64,000 nt of DNA from Firmicutes bacterium AF25-13AC. GTDB taxonomy: Bacteria; Actinomycetota; Coriobacteriia; Coriobacteriales; Coriobacteriaceae. The DNA is taken from positions 3,327 through 67,326 of the forward strand of contig CAVFEY010000003.1 in assembly GCA_963621725.1 (NCBI GenBank), read 5' to 3'. The notes beneath the pieces were generated by a model, which had not been told where the DNA came from, ran no database searches, and worked only from the letters and a program-made list of their open reading frames with translations. The position numbers and the translations under genes are program-made. This document shows positions 37,929 through 47,804 of the stretch, one piece after another (position 1 is the first letter of the stretch; every line of letters begins with the position of its first letter).

Positions 37929-38990
37929 ATGAAGGAAACCGAGAAGATCGAGATCATGCATTTCGACCAGGAGGGCTATCTCGAGGACGGCAAGGCGCTC
38001 TACGAGACCGGCAAGAAGATGACCGCGCTCGCCGACAAGGTCGCCGACGAGGGCTACGACGCCGTGTTCCTGATGGGCGTCGGCGGCACCTGGGACGAGC
38101 TCATGCAGCTCGAGTACCTCATGAACAAGTTCGGCGACCGCGACCTCGAGGTCTACCTGATCCACGCCGCCGAGTGGAACGCCATGGGCCACAAGCGCAT
38201 GACCGAGAAGTCCGTCGTGCTCACCGCCTCCGAGTCCGGCACCACCCCCGAGGTCCTCGAGGCCGTCAAGAAGATGAAGGGCATGGGCGTGCGCGTCTAC
38301 GCCATGACCAAGCCCGAGGGCCCCATCGGCCAGGCTGTGGGTGCCGAGAACTGCGTCGCCATGGCTTCTGACCATGGTTCGGGCGGCTGCGAGAAGGGCT
38401 ACTACCTCGCCGACTGCTTCGGCCTGCGCCTGCTCAACCGCCGCGGCTGCTTCCCCAAGTTCGATTTGTTTATCGAGCAGACCAAGGACATCTGGAAGGA
38501 CATGCTCGATATCCGCAAGCGCTTCGAGCCGCGCGCCGAGGAGCTCGCCAAGAAGTACGCCCTGGCCCCCTACACCATGTTCATCGGCTCCGGCGCCCTG
38601 TGGGGCGAGACGATCCTGTTCTCGATGTGCATCCTCGAGGAGATGCAGTGGAAGCGCACCCGCTACATCACCTCGGCCGACTTCTTCCACGGCACCCTCG
38701 AGCTCGTGGAGCCCGGCGTCCCGGTCTTCCTGTTCATGGGCGAGGACGAGAACCGCAAGCTCGACGAGCGCGTCCGCGCCTTCCTGACCCGCGGCGTGAC
38801 CGGCGACACCGACATCAACATCATCGACACCGCCGAGTTCGCGATCCCCGGCCTTGACGACGAGTTCCGCGTCATCGTGTCTCCGTGGATCCTCTCCTCG
38901 CTGATCACCGATCGCCTTGCCGCTTACTACGAGACGGTCACCAAGCACAACCTCAACTACCGTCGTTACTATCACCAGTTCGACTACTAA
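37929..38990 (+). CDS. SIS-domain deglycase-like protein, copy B
   Basis: Identical to copy A for 316 codons and divergent only over the last ~37 codons. Confidence 0.75.
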   Translation: MKETEKIEIMHFDQEGYLEDGKALYETGKKMTALADKVADEGYDAVFLMGVGGTWDELMQLEYLMNKFGDRDLEVYLIHAAEWNAMGHKRMTEKSVVLTASESGTTPEVLEAVKKMKGMGVRVYAMTKPEGPIGQAVGAENCVAMASDHGSGGCEKGYYLADCFGLRLLNRRGCFPKFDLFIEQTKDIWKDMLDIRKRFEPRAEELAKKYALAPYTMFIGSGALWGETILFSMCILEEMQWKRTRYITSADFFHGTLELVEPGVPVFLFMGEDENRKLDERVRAFLTRGVTGDTDINIIDTAEFAIPGLDDEFRVIVSPWILSSLITDRLAAYYETVTKHNLNYRRYYHQFDY

Positions 38991-39084
38991 TCGGTGACAA
39001 ATAAGCTACTGATCAAGAAGCACCCTGCCCGGGCGCATGCGTCCGGGCATTTTTATGCCGAAATTCGCAAGAAAGGGGAATCGA

Positions 39085-39501
39085 ATGAGGCAGTTTATCG
39101 TTGCATCCTATGCTCATTTTGCGTCTGGAATCGTCGAGAGCATTGGGCTGCTCTCCGGTGAGCGCGAAAACGTCCATGCGCTGTCTATGTATGTCGACGG
39201 AAACGAGGACCTGACCAAGGAGGCCGCAGCGGTTCTCGATGGGTTTGCTGCGGACGACGAGGTTGTCGTGTGCACTGACCTGTTCGGCGGCAGCGTCAAC
39301 AACGAGTTCACCAAGATCGTCCAGACGCGTCCCAACACGCACCTGGTGACCAATATGAACCTGCCGCTCCTTATTCAGCTGCTGTTCGTGCCCGACTCCA
39401 CTCCAATTGATGAGGCCATTCGCCAGATCGTCGAGGCGGACGACACCAAGGTCAAGTACGTCAACGACCTGCTGGGGCAGGCCGAACTCGATGAGTTTTA
39501 A
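39085..39501 (+). CDS. PTS mannose-family EIIA (operon B), Tyr at the canonical phospho-His position
   Basis: MRQFIVASYAHFASGIVES and DLFGGS. RBS GAAAGGGGAA lies before the ATG at 39085. Confidence 0.8.
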   Translation: MRQFIVASYAHFASGIVESIGLLSGERENVHALSMYVDGNEDLTKEAAAVLDGFAADDEVVVCTDLFGGSVNNEFTKIVQTRPNTHLVTNMNLPLLIQLLFVPDSTPIDEAIRQIVEADDTKVKYVNDLLGQAELDEF

Positions 39502-39518
39502 TCGCTAGGGAGCACATC

Positions 39519-39989
39519 ATGATTCAGATGATTCGCGTGGACTATCGACTGCTGCACGGCCAGGTTGCCGTTAGCTGGACTTCGGCTCTGGGTGCCGACT
39601 GCATCCTGTTGGTAAGCGACACGGTCCTCAATGACAAGCTTCGTCTGCAGGCCCTGTCCCTTGCAAAACCGGAGGGCTGCAAGGTTGTCGTCAAAAACAC
39701 CGAGGATGCCGTCAAGGCGCTCCAGAGCGGTGTGACCGATAAGTACAAACTCTTCGTAGTTTGCGAGACGATCCAGCAGGCCGGTGCCGTCGCCAAGGCG
39801 ATGGGCGTCAAGAAGATCAACCTCGGCAATGTTGCCTTTAGCGAGGATGCCCGCCAGGTCTCGACGAGCGTGTTCCTTACGCCCGAAAACGAGGCATACG
39901 TCAAAGAACTGCTCGGCGAGGGCTACGAGCTGTTCATTCAAATGATTCCGGCAGATGCGAAGACTGACGCCGCGAAGGTCATCGGTTAG
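39519..39989 (+). CDS. PTS mannose/sorbose-family EIIB (operon B)
   Basis: RVDYRLLHGQVAVSW signature. Confidence 0.85.
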   Translation: MIQMIRVDYRLLHGQVAVSWTSALGADCILLVSDTVLNDKLRLQALSLAKPEGCKVVVKNTEDAVKALQSGVTDKYKLFVVCETIQQAGAVAKAMGVKKINLGNVAFSEDARQVSTSVFLTPENEAYVKELLGEGYELFIQMIPADAKTDAAKVIG

Positions 39990-39997
39990 GGGCCATC

Positions 39998-40789
39998 ATG
40001 GTTATCAAGACAATCCTGATTTTCCTTATTGCCCTTTTGGGCTATTCCGAGTGGCTGACCGGTACGAGCTACCTCCAGCGCCCGATTGTGCTCGGACCTC
40101 TGGTTGGCCTTGTCATGGGCGACATGGTGACCGGCACGATCATGGGCGCCACGATGGAGCTTGCCATGGTCGGCGCCATCTCGGTCGGTGCGTATAACCC
40201 GCCCGATACGATTTCCGGAACCATCCTGGGTGTGTCGCTTGCCATGCAGGCCGGCGCGGACGCTTCGGCGGCCCTGACCCTGGGCATTCCCATCGCAACG
40301 ATCGTCCTGGCGCTCGATACGGCCCTGGGCCAGCCGGTGATGCTATTGCTGGTGCACCGTATCGACAAGAACGTCGAGGACGGAGACACCAAGGCCATTA
40401 CGCGCAACATGCTTATCGCCGGTTACGCGCAGAGCTGGTGCGGCCTGCTGATTATTCCCCTGGCCTTCTTCTTTGGCGCCGATGCTGTTGCCAGCCTGCT
40501 CAACATCATTCCCGATTTCGTTCAGACCGGCATGGATGTCGCCGCCGCCTTCTTGCCCGCACTCGGCTTTGCGATGCTGGCTCAGATGATCATGAACAAA
40601 ACGGTGGCTCCGTTCTTCTTCGCTGGCTTCTTCCTCGTTGCCTACTTTGGCATTAGCACGACGGGCGTGGCGATCTTTGCCGCGATCATCGTCGTCGCGA
40701 TGACGGTTTTGGGTGATAAGAAAAAAGCGGAGCAGCCCGCAGTGGCAACCGAGGATCCTGCGATTGGGAGTGGGTTCGATGAGTTTTAA
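39998..40789 (+). CDS. PTS mannose-family EIIC (operon B)
   Basis: 263-aa polytopic paralog of 34865-35638. Confidence 0.85.
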   Translation: MVIKTILIFLIALLGYSEWLTGTSYLQRPIVLGPLVGLVMGDMVTGTIMGATMELAMVGAISVGAYNPPDTISGTILGVSLAMQAGADASAALTLGIPIATIVLALDTALGQPVMLLLVHRIDKNVEDGDTKAITRNMLIAGYAQSWCGLLIIPLAFFFGADAVASLLNIIPDFVQTGMDVAAAFLPALGFAMLAQMIMNKTVAPFFFAGFFLVAYFGISTTGVAIFAAIIVVAMTVLGDKKKAEQPAVATEDPAIGSGFDEF

Positions 40790-41615
40790 GTTTGAGTCTT
40801 CTTACGACGGGCTGATTTCCCGCGCAGACCTTAAGAAGCTGTTCTGGCGCTCGATTCCCTATGAGCATTCCTGGAACTACGAGCGTATGGGCCATATCGG
40901 CTTTATGTGGGCCCTTATGCCGATTCTTCGCAAGCTGTATCCGCAGGATGCGGACTTTAAGGCCGCCCTTAAGCGCCATATGGAGCTCTATAACGTCACG
41001 CCGTACATCTCGACGCTTCCCATGTCCATCGCCGCTGCAATGGAGGAGGTCAACGCTACTGACGATAGCTTTGACACGAGCGCGATCTCTAATGTCAAGC
41101 TTGCTTTGATGGGGCCGCTGTCCGGCGTGGGCGATGCCTTCTACTGGGGCACGCTGCGAATTTTGGCAACGGGTGTCGGCACGTCGCTGGCGCTGCAGGG
41201 CTCCATTCTTGGCCCGATTTTGTTCCTGCTCGTGTTCAACGTCCCTCACTACATCATCCGTTACCTGCTGACGTTTGTGGGATATCGCTTTGGCTCGGAC
41301 ATGATCAGCAAAGTCCAGGAATCGGGCATTATGGACACGATCGTCAAGATGGCCTCTATCATGGGCGCCATGGTGATCGGTGCTATGACCATGGAGATGG
41401 TCACCGTGGACATTCCGCTCATGGTCGGCGCGGGCGATGGTGCTCAGACGCTGGCCGAGCTGCTCAACGGAATTTTCCCGGGCTTTGTCACGATGGGGCT
41501 GTTTGGAATCGTCTATCTCATGCTCAAGAAGAAGATGAATCCGCTGCTCATCATGCTCGTGATCCTGCTCGTGAGTATCGCCGGCGCGTTCTTTGGAGTG
41601 CTTGGTGTCCAGTAG
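40779..41615 (+). CDS. PTS mannose-family EIID (operon B)
   Basis: MSFKFESSYDGLISRADLKKLFWRSIPYEHSWNYERMGHIGF is a typical EIID N-terminus. The ATG at 40779 overlaps the EIIC stop. Confidence 0.85.
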   Translation: MSFKFESSYDGLISRADLKKLFWRSIPYEHSWNYERMGHIGFMWALMPILRKLYPQDADFKAALKRHMELYNVTPYISTLPMSIAAAMEEVNATDDSFDTSAISNVKLALMGPLSGVGDAFYWGTLRILATGVGTSLALQGSILGPILFLLVFNVPHYIIRYLLTFVGYRFGSDMISKVQESGIMDTIVKMASIMGAMVIGAMTMEMVTVDIPLMVGAGDGAQTLAELLNGIFPGFVTMGLFGIVYLMLKKKMNPLLIMLVILLVSIAGAFFGVLGVQ

Positions 41616-41698
41616 AGTATCCGTCATAATGAGAACAATGTAAGAGGGGGCGTCGCGCACACTGTGCTGCGGCGCCCTTTTGCCGAAAGGTGGACAAG

Positions 41699-42535
41699 AT
41701 GGAGTATCCGCAGCTTGCCGTCATGAATATCAGCCATCGTTATTTTGACCTTGAGGAATTCTTTTCCTCGGCAGCGGCCTCGGGCTACACGTGTTGCGAG
41801 CTTTGGACCGGGGCGATGCATCTGTATGTCGATTGCCATGGATACGATTCGCTCGAGCAGGTGCGGGAGCTGTCGCAGCAGTATGGGGTTCGGATTGTGG
41901 GGCTTTGTCCCGAACAGAACAACCCCAAGCCGTGGAATATCGCGGCGCGCGGGAATGAGGCGCGTGCCCGCACGCTCGCGTACTTTAAGAACGTTGTGGA
42001 TATCGCGGCGGAACTTGGAGCCGAGCAGGTCATGGTCTCGAGCGGCTGGGCATTTTTGAACGAGCCAATCGAGGACGCGTGGGGTCGCAGCGCCTCGATG
42101 CTGCGTGCGATTGCCGAGCATGCGGGAGAGTGCGGCGTTCGACTGGTGCTCGAGGCCCTACAGCCGGTTGAGTCGATGATCGTGAACTCGGCGGCCGATA
42201 CGAAGCGCATGATCGAGGCAGTTGATCATCCGGCACTTAAGGCGTGTCTGGATTTGGGCGCTATGGCGGTGGCGGGGGATACCATCGACGATTATTTCGA
42301 TCTGCTTGGCGATGATGTCGCCCACGTGCATTTTGTCGATGTTGCGGCAGACGGCACGACGCATCTTGCCTGGGGTGACGGCGACCGCGATATGCGCGCC
42401 GACCTGGATAGGCTGGTGGCGCGCGGCTATCGCGGAGTTGTTTCGGCCGAGACCTATGACTGGCGCTATTTTGCTGACCCCGCAGCTGCCGATGCACAGG
42501 TAATGGCAGAGTATCGTCGTGCGATTGGCGCCTAG
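41699..42535 (+). CDS. sugar phosphate isomerase/epimerase (xylose-isomerase-like TIM barrel, FrlC-like)
   Basis: About 278 aa with an AP_endonuc_2-type pattern (ELWTG..., VLEALQP, HFVD). GAAAGG lies 8 nt before the ATG at 41699. Confidence 0.7.
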   Translation: MEYPQLAVMNISHRYFDLEEFFSSAAASGYTCCELWTGAMHLYVDCHGYDSLEQVRELSQQYGVRIVGLCPEQNNPKPWNIAARGNEARARTLAYFKNVVDIAAELGAEQVMVSSGWAFLNEPIEDAWGRSASMLRAIAEHAGECGVRLVLEALQPVESMIVNSAADTKRMIEAVDHPALKACLDLGAMAVAGDTIDDYFDLLGDDVAHVHFVDVAADGTTHLAWGDGDRDMRADLDRLVARGYRGVVSAETYDWRYFADPAAADAQVMAEYRRAIGA

Positions 42536-42638
42536 GTGGGGTTGGGTTGCGGCAACCTGCCCCATGTTTCCAAATGAATACGGTGTGAGCGGCTTCGACG
42601 GATTTTCCCCGCAAGCACTCTAGTATGCTAAAGTACCC

Positions 42639-42675
42639 AGAAGACCGGCGGAGCTATGCCGGTCTTCTGTTCTAT
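42639..42675 (+). terminator. terminator after PTS operon B / before the his operon
   Basis: AGAAGACCGGC-GGAGCTAT-GCCGGTCTTCT followed by GTTCTAT. Confidence 0.6.
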
Positions 42676-42704
42676 ATGAAACACAGCATGAGGAGGCTCA
42701 CCAG

Positions 42705-44420
42705 ATGACGGCCACACCGTGGGGATTCCGGGACATATTGCCCGAGGAGGCTCAGGCGCGCGAGGAGATTGCGCTGACGGTGAAGGGCTGCTTTAGGGAT
42801 CATCATTACCTTCCGGTCGAGACGCCGCTGCTCGAGGACAAGGGCTCGCTCGAGGAGGGCGGCCGCATTGCGGACACGCCGTTTAAGCTCTTTGATGACG
42901 ACGGTCGCCTGCTGGTGGTCCGTCCCGACAACACGCTGCCGATCGTTCGCCTGGTTTCGACTCGCATGCGTGCGGCCGATCTGCCGCTGCGCCTGCGCTA
43001 CGAGGCGCCGGTGGTTCGCGAGTGTCAGCGCAATGCCGGTGGCTCGCGTCAGTTTACGCAACTGGGTTTTGAGCTCATCGGCGCGGGCGATACCGCGGGC
43101 GATGTCGAGATTGTCTCACTGGTCGCCGAGGCCGTGCGCAAGCTGGCGCTTCCCGGTGCGCGCATTATCGCGGGCAGCGTGCGTCCGTTTAAGGAACTGC
43201 TTGCGGCGTGCGATGATCGCGAGCTGGCTGCCGAGGCCCTGTGCTGCGTGCACGCCAACGACTTTGTGGGCCTCGATTCTCGCGTGGCGGCAAGCGCCGA
43301 GTCCGATGCTGTCAAGGCCGCCATTAGCGAGCTGCCGCGTCTACACGGTGGCCCCGAAGTGCTCGACCGCGTTGACGCGTTGCTGGTTGCCGCCGGTATC
43401 GTCGCGCCGCTCACGCGCGAGCTGCGTGCCCTGGTCGAGGGCCTGGCTCCCGAGGACGCCCAGGTGCTGTCCTTCGACTTCTCCATCATGAACTCGTTTG
43501 ATTACTACACGGGCCTGGTCTTTAAGGCCTATGCCGGTGGCCTGCCCGATCCGGTGGGTTCGGGCGGACGCTACGACTCCATCTTTACCGGTGCATTTGG
43601 CGATGGCATCGAGGTGCCGGCGGCGGGCTTCGCCTTTTCGCTCGAGCGCCTGGAGGCCGCGCACACCTCGGCCGAGGACGCTGCTTCCGATGGCGATCAC
43701 GCCGCGGGCCGTGGCGCCGAGGGTCCGCTGCGCATTGCCGTGCCCAAGGGCTCGCTTAAGGCCGACACACTCGACGTGCTCGAGGCCGCGGGCTTGGATG
43801 TCTCGGAGCTGCGCGATCCCGGTCGTCACCTGATCGTGCGCGGCCGCGACACGCGTGCCGGCGAGGGCACGGTCGGCGATATCGAGTTTGTCATCGTGCG
43901 CCCCAGCGACGCGCCCGCCTTTGTGGGCTGCGGCGGCGCCGACTGCGGCATCTGCGGCTGGGACTCGCTCATCGAGGCCGACCTCAACCTGCTGCAGCTG
44001 GTCGATCTGGGCTACGGCCTGTGCACGTTTATCGAGGCGGAGCCCGCGTGGCGCGCTGGTCAGGCCGAGCGCAACTACGCCCGTCGCGGGTCGCTTCGCG
44101 TGGCCACCAAGTATCCGCGCATCGCGAGCGCCTGGTATGCCGAGCGCGGCGTGAATGCCGACATCGTTTCGCTGCACGGTAACATCGAGCTGGGCCCCAT
44201 CGTCGGTATGACCGACCGTATCGTGGACATTACCGCCACGGGCGCCACCCTGCGCGATAACGACCTGGTTATTACTGGTCGCATTATGGACTGCACGGCG
44301 CGCTTCTTTGTCAATCCGGGTGCCGCGCGCCTGGATCCGCGCGTACGCAATCTTGCCGATCGCTTGGCAGCTGCTGTTAAGGACAAGCATTTTGAGCCCG
44401 TCGCGGGCTCGGCACAATAG
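42705..44420 (+). CDS. hisG: fused HisZ (regulatory, HisRS-like) / HisG (short-form ATP phosphoribosyltransferase)
   Basis: The N-terminal ~330 aa is class-II aaRS-like (GFRDILPEEA...VETPLLE...GGRYD). The C-terminal ~220 aa begins LRIAVPKGSL and includes DAPAFVGCGGADCGICG and the end of HisG-S. Confidence 0.8.
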   Translation: MTATPWGFRDILPEEAQAREEIALTVKGCFRDHHYLPVETPLLEDKGSLEEGGRIADTPFKLFDDDGRLLVVRPDNTLPIVRLVSTRMRAADLPLRLRYEAPVVRECQRNAGGSRQFTQLGFELIGAGDTAGDVEIVSLVAEAVRKLALPGARIIAGSVRPFKELLAACDDRELAAEALCCVHANDFVGLDSRVAASAESDAVKAAISELPRLHGGPEVLDRVDALLVAAGIVAPLTRELRALVEGLAPEDAQVLSFDFSIMNSFDYYTGLVFKAYAGGLPDPVGSGGRYDSIFTGAFGDGIEVPAAGFAFSLERLEAAHTSAEDAASDGDHAAGRGAEGPLRIAVPKGSLKADTLDVLEAAGLDVSELRDPGRHLIVRGRDTRAGEGTVGDIEFVIVRPSDAPAFVGCGGADCGICGWDSLIEADLNLLQLVDLGYGLCTFIEAEPAWRAGQAERNYARRGSLRVATKYPRIASAWYAERGVNADIVSLHGNIELGPIVGMTDRIVDITATGATLRDNDLVITGRIMDCTARFFVNPGAARLDPRVRNLADRLAAAVKDKHFEPVAGSAQ

Positions 44421-44525
44421 CGCGAGCACGCACGGGCGCCCCAACGTACGGGCTGCGGGTCGACTGGCGCCGCCGTCCGGCCTCTCGTTTTTCAAACGCA
44501 ACCTCGACCGATAGGGGATACCGAA

Positions 44526-45962
44526 ATGAAGACCATCAAGCTTGCTCCCGGTGAGCGCCTCGTTACCAACCAGCTCAACCGTAAGGGCGTGCTGCCGCAA
44601 AACATCGTCGACGCCGCCCGCGATATCGTGGCCAACGTGCGCGCCAACGGCGATGCCGCGGTGCGCGATTATTGCCAGCGTTTTGACGGCGTTGAGCTGC
44701 AGAGTTTTCGCCTGCCGCAGGAGCAGATTGATGCTGCACTCGAAGGCCTCGATCCTGCCTTTGTCGCGGCTCTCGAAAAGGCCGCACGCCAGATCCGCGA
44801 GTTCCACCAGCGTGAGGTCGAGCAGAGCTGGTTTACCACGCGCCCGGACGGCACGATGCTCGGCGTTAAGGTGACCCCGCTTGCCGCTGCCGGCATTTAC
44901 GTGCCGGGCGGTCGTGCGCAGTATCCCTCCACGGTGCTTATGAACGCCATCCCTGCCAAGGTGGCTGGCGTTAAGCGCGTGGTCATGGTGACCCCGCCGC
45001 AAAAAGATGGCCTAATCAGCCCCTATACGCTCGCGGCTGCCAAGCTCGGCGGCGTGGACGAGATCTATATGGTGGGTGGCGCCCAGGCCGTGGCCGCACT
45101 GGCGTACGGTACCGAGACCATTCCGCGCGTCGACAAAATCACCGGCCCGGGCAACGCCTTTGTCGCCGCTGCCAAACAGATTGTCTCGGGTGACGTGGGT
45201 ATCGATATGGTCGCCGGTCCCTCCGAGGTCTGCGTGCTGGCCGACGCCACGGCCAAGCCCATGGTGGTCGCGGCAGACCTGATGGCTCAGGCCGAGCACG
45301 ACCCGCTGGCAGCCTGCTATCTGGTGACCTGCGACGAGCAGTTTGCGCGCGAGGTCGAGGCGGGTATCGATATTCTGGTGGCGCAGTCCCCACGTGCCGA
45401 GATCACGCGCGCCTCACTCGACAACGAGGGCACCATCGTGGTGGCCGCCGATATGGCTGCTGCCGTCGAGGCGGTGAACACCGTGGCGCCCGAGCACCTG
45501 GAGCTGCACTGCAAGGACGCGATGGGCCTGCTCGGCGGCATTCGCAACGCCGGCGCCATCTTTGTGGGCGCGTGGAGCTCCGAGCCGCTCGGCGATTATG
45601 TTGCCGGCCCCAACCACACGCTGCCGACCGGCGGCACGGCCATGTTCTCCAACCCGCTTTCGGTGGAGGAGTTCGTCAAGCGCTCGAGCGTCATTTGCTA
45701 TACGCCTGAGGGCCTGCTCTCCGACGCTCCCGCCACACAGCGTCTGGCCGAGGCCGAGGGCCTGTGGGCACACGCGCTTTCCGCCGCTCTGCGTCGCCGC
45801 GTGCTGGAGCAGGGCGAGGATGCCGTGAGCGCCGCGTCGTTGGCCGCGGCCGACCTGACCAAGGTCGCCTGGCCGGGCGACGCCGTGGCGACGGTTGCCG
45901 AGGGTGTGGACCTGGTGGCTGCAAGTGCGGATGGCGCTGACGCGGTCGTCGAGGAGGCCTAA
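44526..45962 (+). CDS. hisD: histidinol dehydrogenase
   Basis: [17 protein letters not shown] and QAEHD motifs. It carries a ~45-aa Ala/Asp-rich C-terminal extension. Confidence 0.9.
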   Translation: MKTIKLAPGERLVTNQLNRKGVLPQNIVDAARDIVANVRANGDAAVRDYCQRFDGVELQSFRLPQEQIDAALEGLDPAFVAALEKAARQIREFHQREVEQSWFTTRPDGTMLGVKVTPLAAAGIYVPGGRAQYPSTVLMNAIPAKVAGVKRVVMVTPPQKDGLISPYTLAAAKLGGVDEIYMVGGAQAVAALAYGTETIPRVDKITGPGNAFVAAAKQIVSGDVGIDMVAGPSEVCVLADATAKPMVVAADLMAQAEHDPLAACYLVTCDEQFAREVEAGIDILVAQSPRAEITRASLDNEGTIVVAADMAAAVEAVNTVAPEHLELHCKDAMGLLGGIRNAGAIFVGAWSSEPLGDYVAGPNHTLPTGGTAMFSNPLSVEEFVKRSSVICYTPEGLLSDAPATQRLAEAEGLWAHALSAALRRRVLEQGEDAVSAASLAAADLTKVAWPGDAVATVAEGVDLVAASADGADAVVEEA

Positions 45963-45963
45963 T

Positions 45964-47079
45964 ATGGCCGAGCTGACGCCCCGCATGAAGGAACTCGTCC
46001 AGCCCTACCTGGCCGGTATTGAGCCCTACGATCCCAACTTTACGCCCACACGCATCAACCTTTCGGCCAACGAGAACACCTATCCCGTGCCGGCTGGCGT
46101 GCGCGAGGCGGTCGACGCCGCCCTGGCCGCTACACCGCTCAACCGCTATCCCGATCCCATGTCCAACGATCTGCGCGACGAGCTGGCCGCTTGGCATGGT
46201 GTTGTGCGCGAGAATGTCTGCGTGGGTAACGGCGGTGACGAGCTGCTCTATAACTACCTGCTGGCGTTTGGCGGCGCTGGGCGGACCCTGCTCAACTGCC
46301 CGCCGTGCTTTAGCGAGTACGCGTTCTTTGCGTCGCTCTGCCAGACCGAGGTGCGCGACGTGTGGCGCGACCCCGCGACCTTTGAGCTCGACCAGGCAGC
46401 TGTGCTTGCGGCGGCGTCCGAGTGCAACCTGGCAATCGTGACCTCGCCCAATAACCCCACGGGCGATGTGGCGCCGCTCGACTTTGTCGCGGCGCTGTGC
46501 GATGCGTGCCCCGGCATGGTAATGGTCGACGAGGCCTACGTTGAGTTTGCCGACGATTCGTTTGGCGCGGCCACCACGGCGCAGGGGCTTATTGCCGAGC
46601 ATCCCAACCTGGTGATTCTGCATACGTTGTCCAAGGCGTTCGGCGCCGCCGGCACGCGTCTGGGCTACGTGATCGCGGCGCCCGAGGTCATCGACGTGTT
46701 CGCGGCGATTCGCCAGATCTATTCGGTTAATGTGCTGAGCCAGGCCGCCGCGCTTGCCTGCGTGCGTGCCCGCGATGCGTACGCGCCCGTGGTGGCACAG
46801 GTTGCATCCGAGCGCGAGCGCGAGCAGTGTGCCCTGCGCGCGATGGCTGCCGAGGGCATGCCCGTGGAGGCATGGCCGAGCGCTGCAAACTTTGTGCTCG
46901 TGCGCACGCCGCATGCCACGCGCGTGCGCGAGCGTCTGCGCGATGAGTGTTCGATTTTGGTACGCGACTTTAGCTATGCGCCGGGGCTTGCGGACTGCCT
47001 GCGCATCACCGTGGGTACCCCGCAGGAAAATGATGAGGTGCTGGCTGCGTTTGCCGCGCTGGTGAAGGAGGAGATGTAG
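45964..47079 (+). CDS. hisC: histidinol-phosphate aminotransferase
   Basis: Class-II aminotransferase pattern: NENTYP, SPNNPTG, LSKAFGAAGTRLGY (PLP Lys). Confidence 0.9.
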   Translation: MAELTPRMKELVQPYLAGIEPYDPNFTPTRINLSANENTYPVPAGVREAVDAALAATPLNRYPDPMSNDLRDELAAWHGVVRENVCVGNGGDELLYNYLLAFGGAGRTLLNCPPCFSEYAFFASLCQTEVRDVWRDPATFELDQAAVLAAASECNLAIVTSPNNPTGDVAPLDFVAALCDACPGMVMVDEAYVEFADDSFGAATTAQGLIAEHPNLVILHTLSKAFGAAGTRLGYVIAAPEVIDVFAAIRQIYSVNVLSQAAALACVRARDAYAPVVAQVASEREREQCALRAMAAEGMPVEAWPSAANFVLVRTPHATRVRERLRDECSILVRDFSYAPGLADCLRITVGTPQENDEVLAAFAALVKEEM

Positions 47080-47667
47080 ATGGGCCGCTATGCCGAGGTA
47101 ACCCGTAAGACGGGGGAGACCGATATTGCCGTCAAGCTCGACCTGGATGGAACCGGTACGTGCGATATCTCGACCGGCGTGCCGTTTTTCGACCACATGC
47201 TCAACGCCTTTGGCCGCCATGGCCTGTTTGATCTGACGGTACACGCGGTGGGCGACGTTGAGGTCGACGCGCACCACACCGTCGAGGATACGGGCATTGT
47301 GCTGGGCGAGGCGTTTTGCCAAGCGTTGGGCGACAAGGCGGGCATTACACGCTTTGCCGATGCAGCGATTGCCATGGACGAGACACTCGTGATGGCTGCC
47401 GTGGACATTTCGGGTCGCGGCCAGGCCTACTGCGAGCTGCCCGTGCCGACCGAGCGCGTGGGCAGCTTCGATACCGAGCTGGCCGTTGAGTTCTTCTATG
47501 CCTTCGCACGCGATGCCAAGCTCACGCTGCACGTGCGCGAACTGGCGGGCGGCAACTCGCATCACATTATCGAGGCCGCCTTTAAGGCCGTGGGTCGCAC
47601 GATGCGCCACGCCTGCGAGCTCGATCCCCGCGTGCAGGGCATCCCCAGCACCAAGGGCTCACTGTAA
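47080..47667 (+). CDS. hisB: imidazoleglycerol-phosphate dehydratase
   Basis: RKTGETDIAVKLDLDG, HHTVED and GNSHHIIEAAFKA motifs. Confidence 0.9.
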   Translation: MGRYAEVTRKTGETDIAVKLDLDGTGTCDISTGVPFFDHMLNAFGRHGLFDLTVHAVGDVEVDAHHTVEDTGIVLGEAFCQALGDKAGITRFADAAIAMDETLVMAAVDISGRGQAYCELPVPTERVGSFDTELAVEFFYAFARDAKLTLHVRELAGGNSHHIIEAAFKAVGRTMRHACELDPRVQGIPSTKGSL

Positions 47668-47778
47668 CCTGCCAAAAAGGGACAGGTTTATTTTGGCAGG
47701 TTTTATCTGCGGGAATGCTGTCTCATGTGGTGGGTGAACGTTTAACCGACCAAAATAAACCTGTCCCTTTTTGGCAGG
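47668..47778. repeat. 111-bp palindromic insert between hisB and hisH (29-bp perfect inverted repeats)
   Basis: CCTGCCAAAAAGGGACAGGTTTATTTTGG (47668-47696) and its exact reverse complement (47750-47778). It starts at the first base after the hisB stop. Confidence 0.9.
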
Positions 47779-47804
47779 TTTTGAATGGGAAAAGGGAGGG
47801 TCGC

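Noticed and set aside
42540-42704. T-box or histidine leader-peptide attenuator before the his operon
   Set aside because: No T-box consensus, specifier-loop architecture or His-codon-rich leader ORF is seen. The single hairpin fits better as the terminator of the upstream PTS operon.
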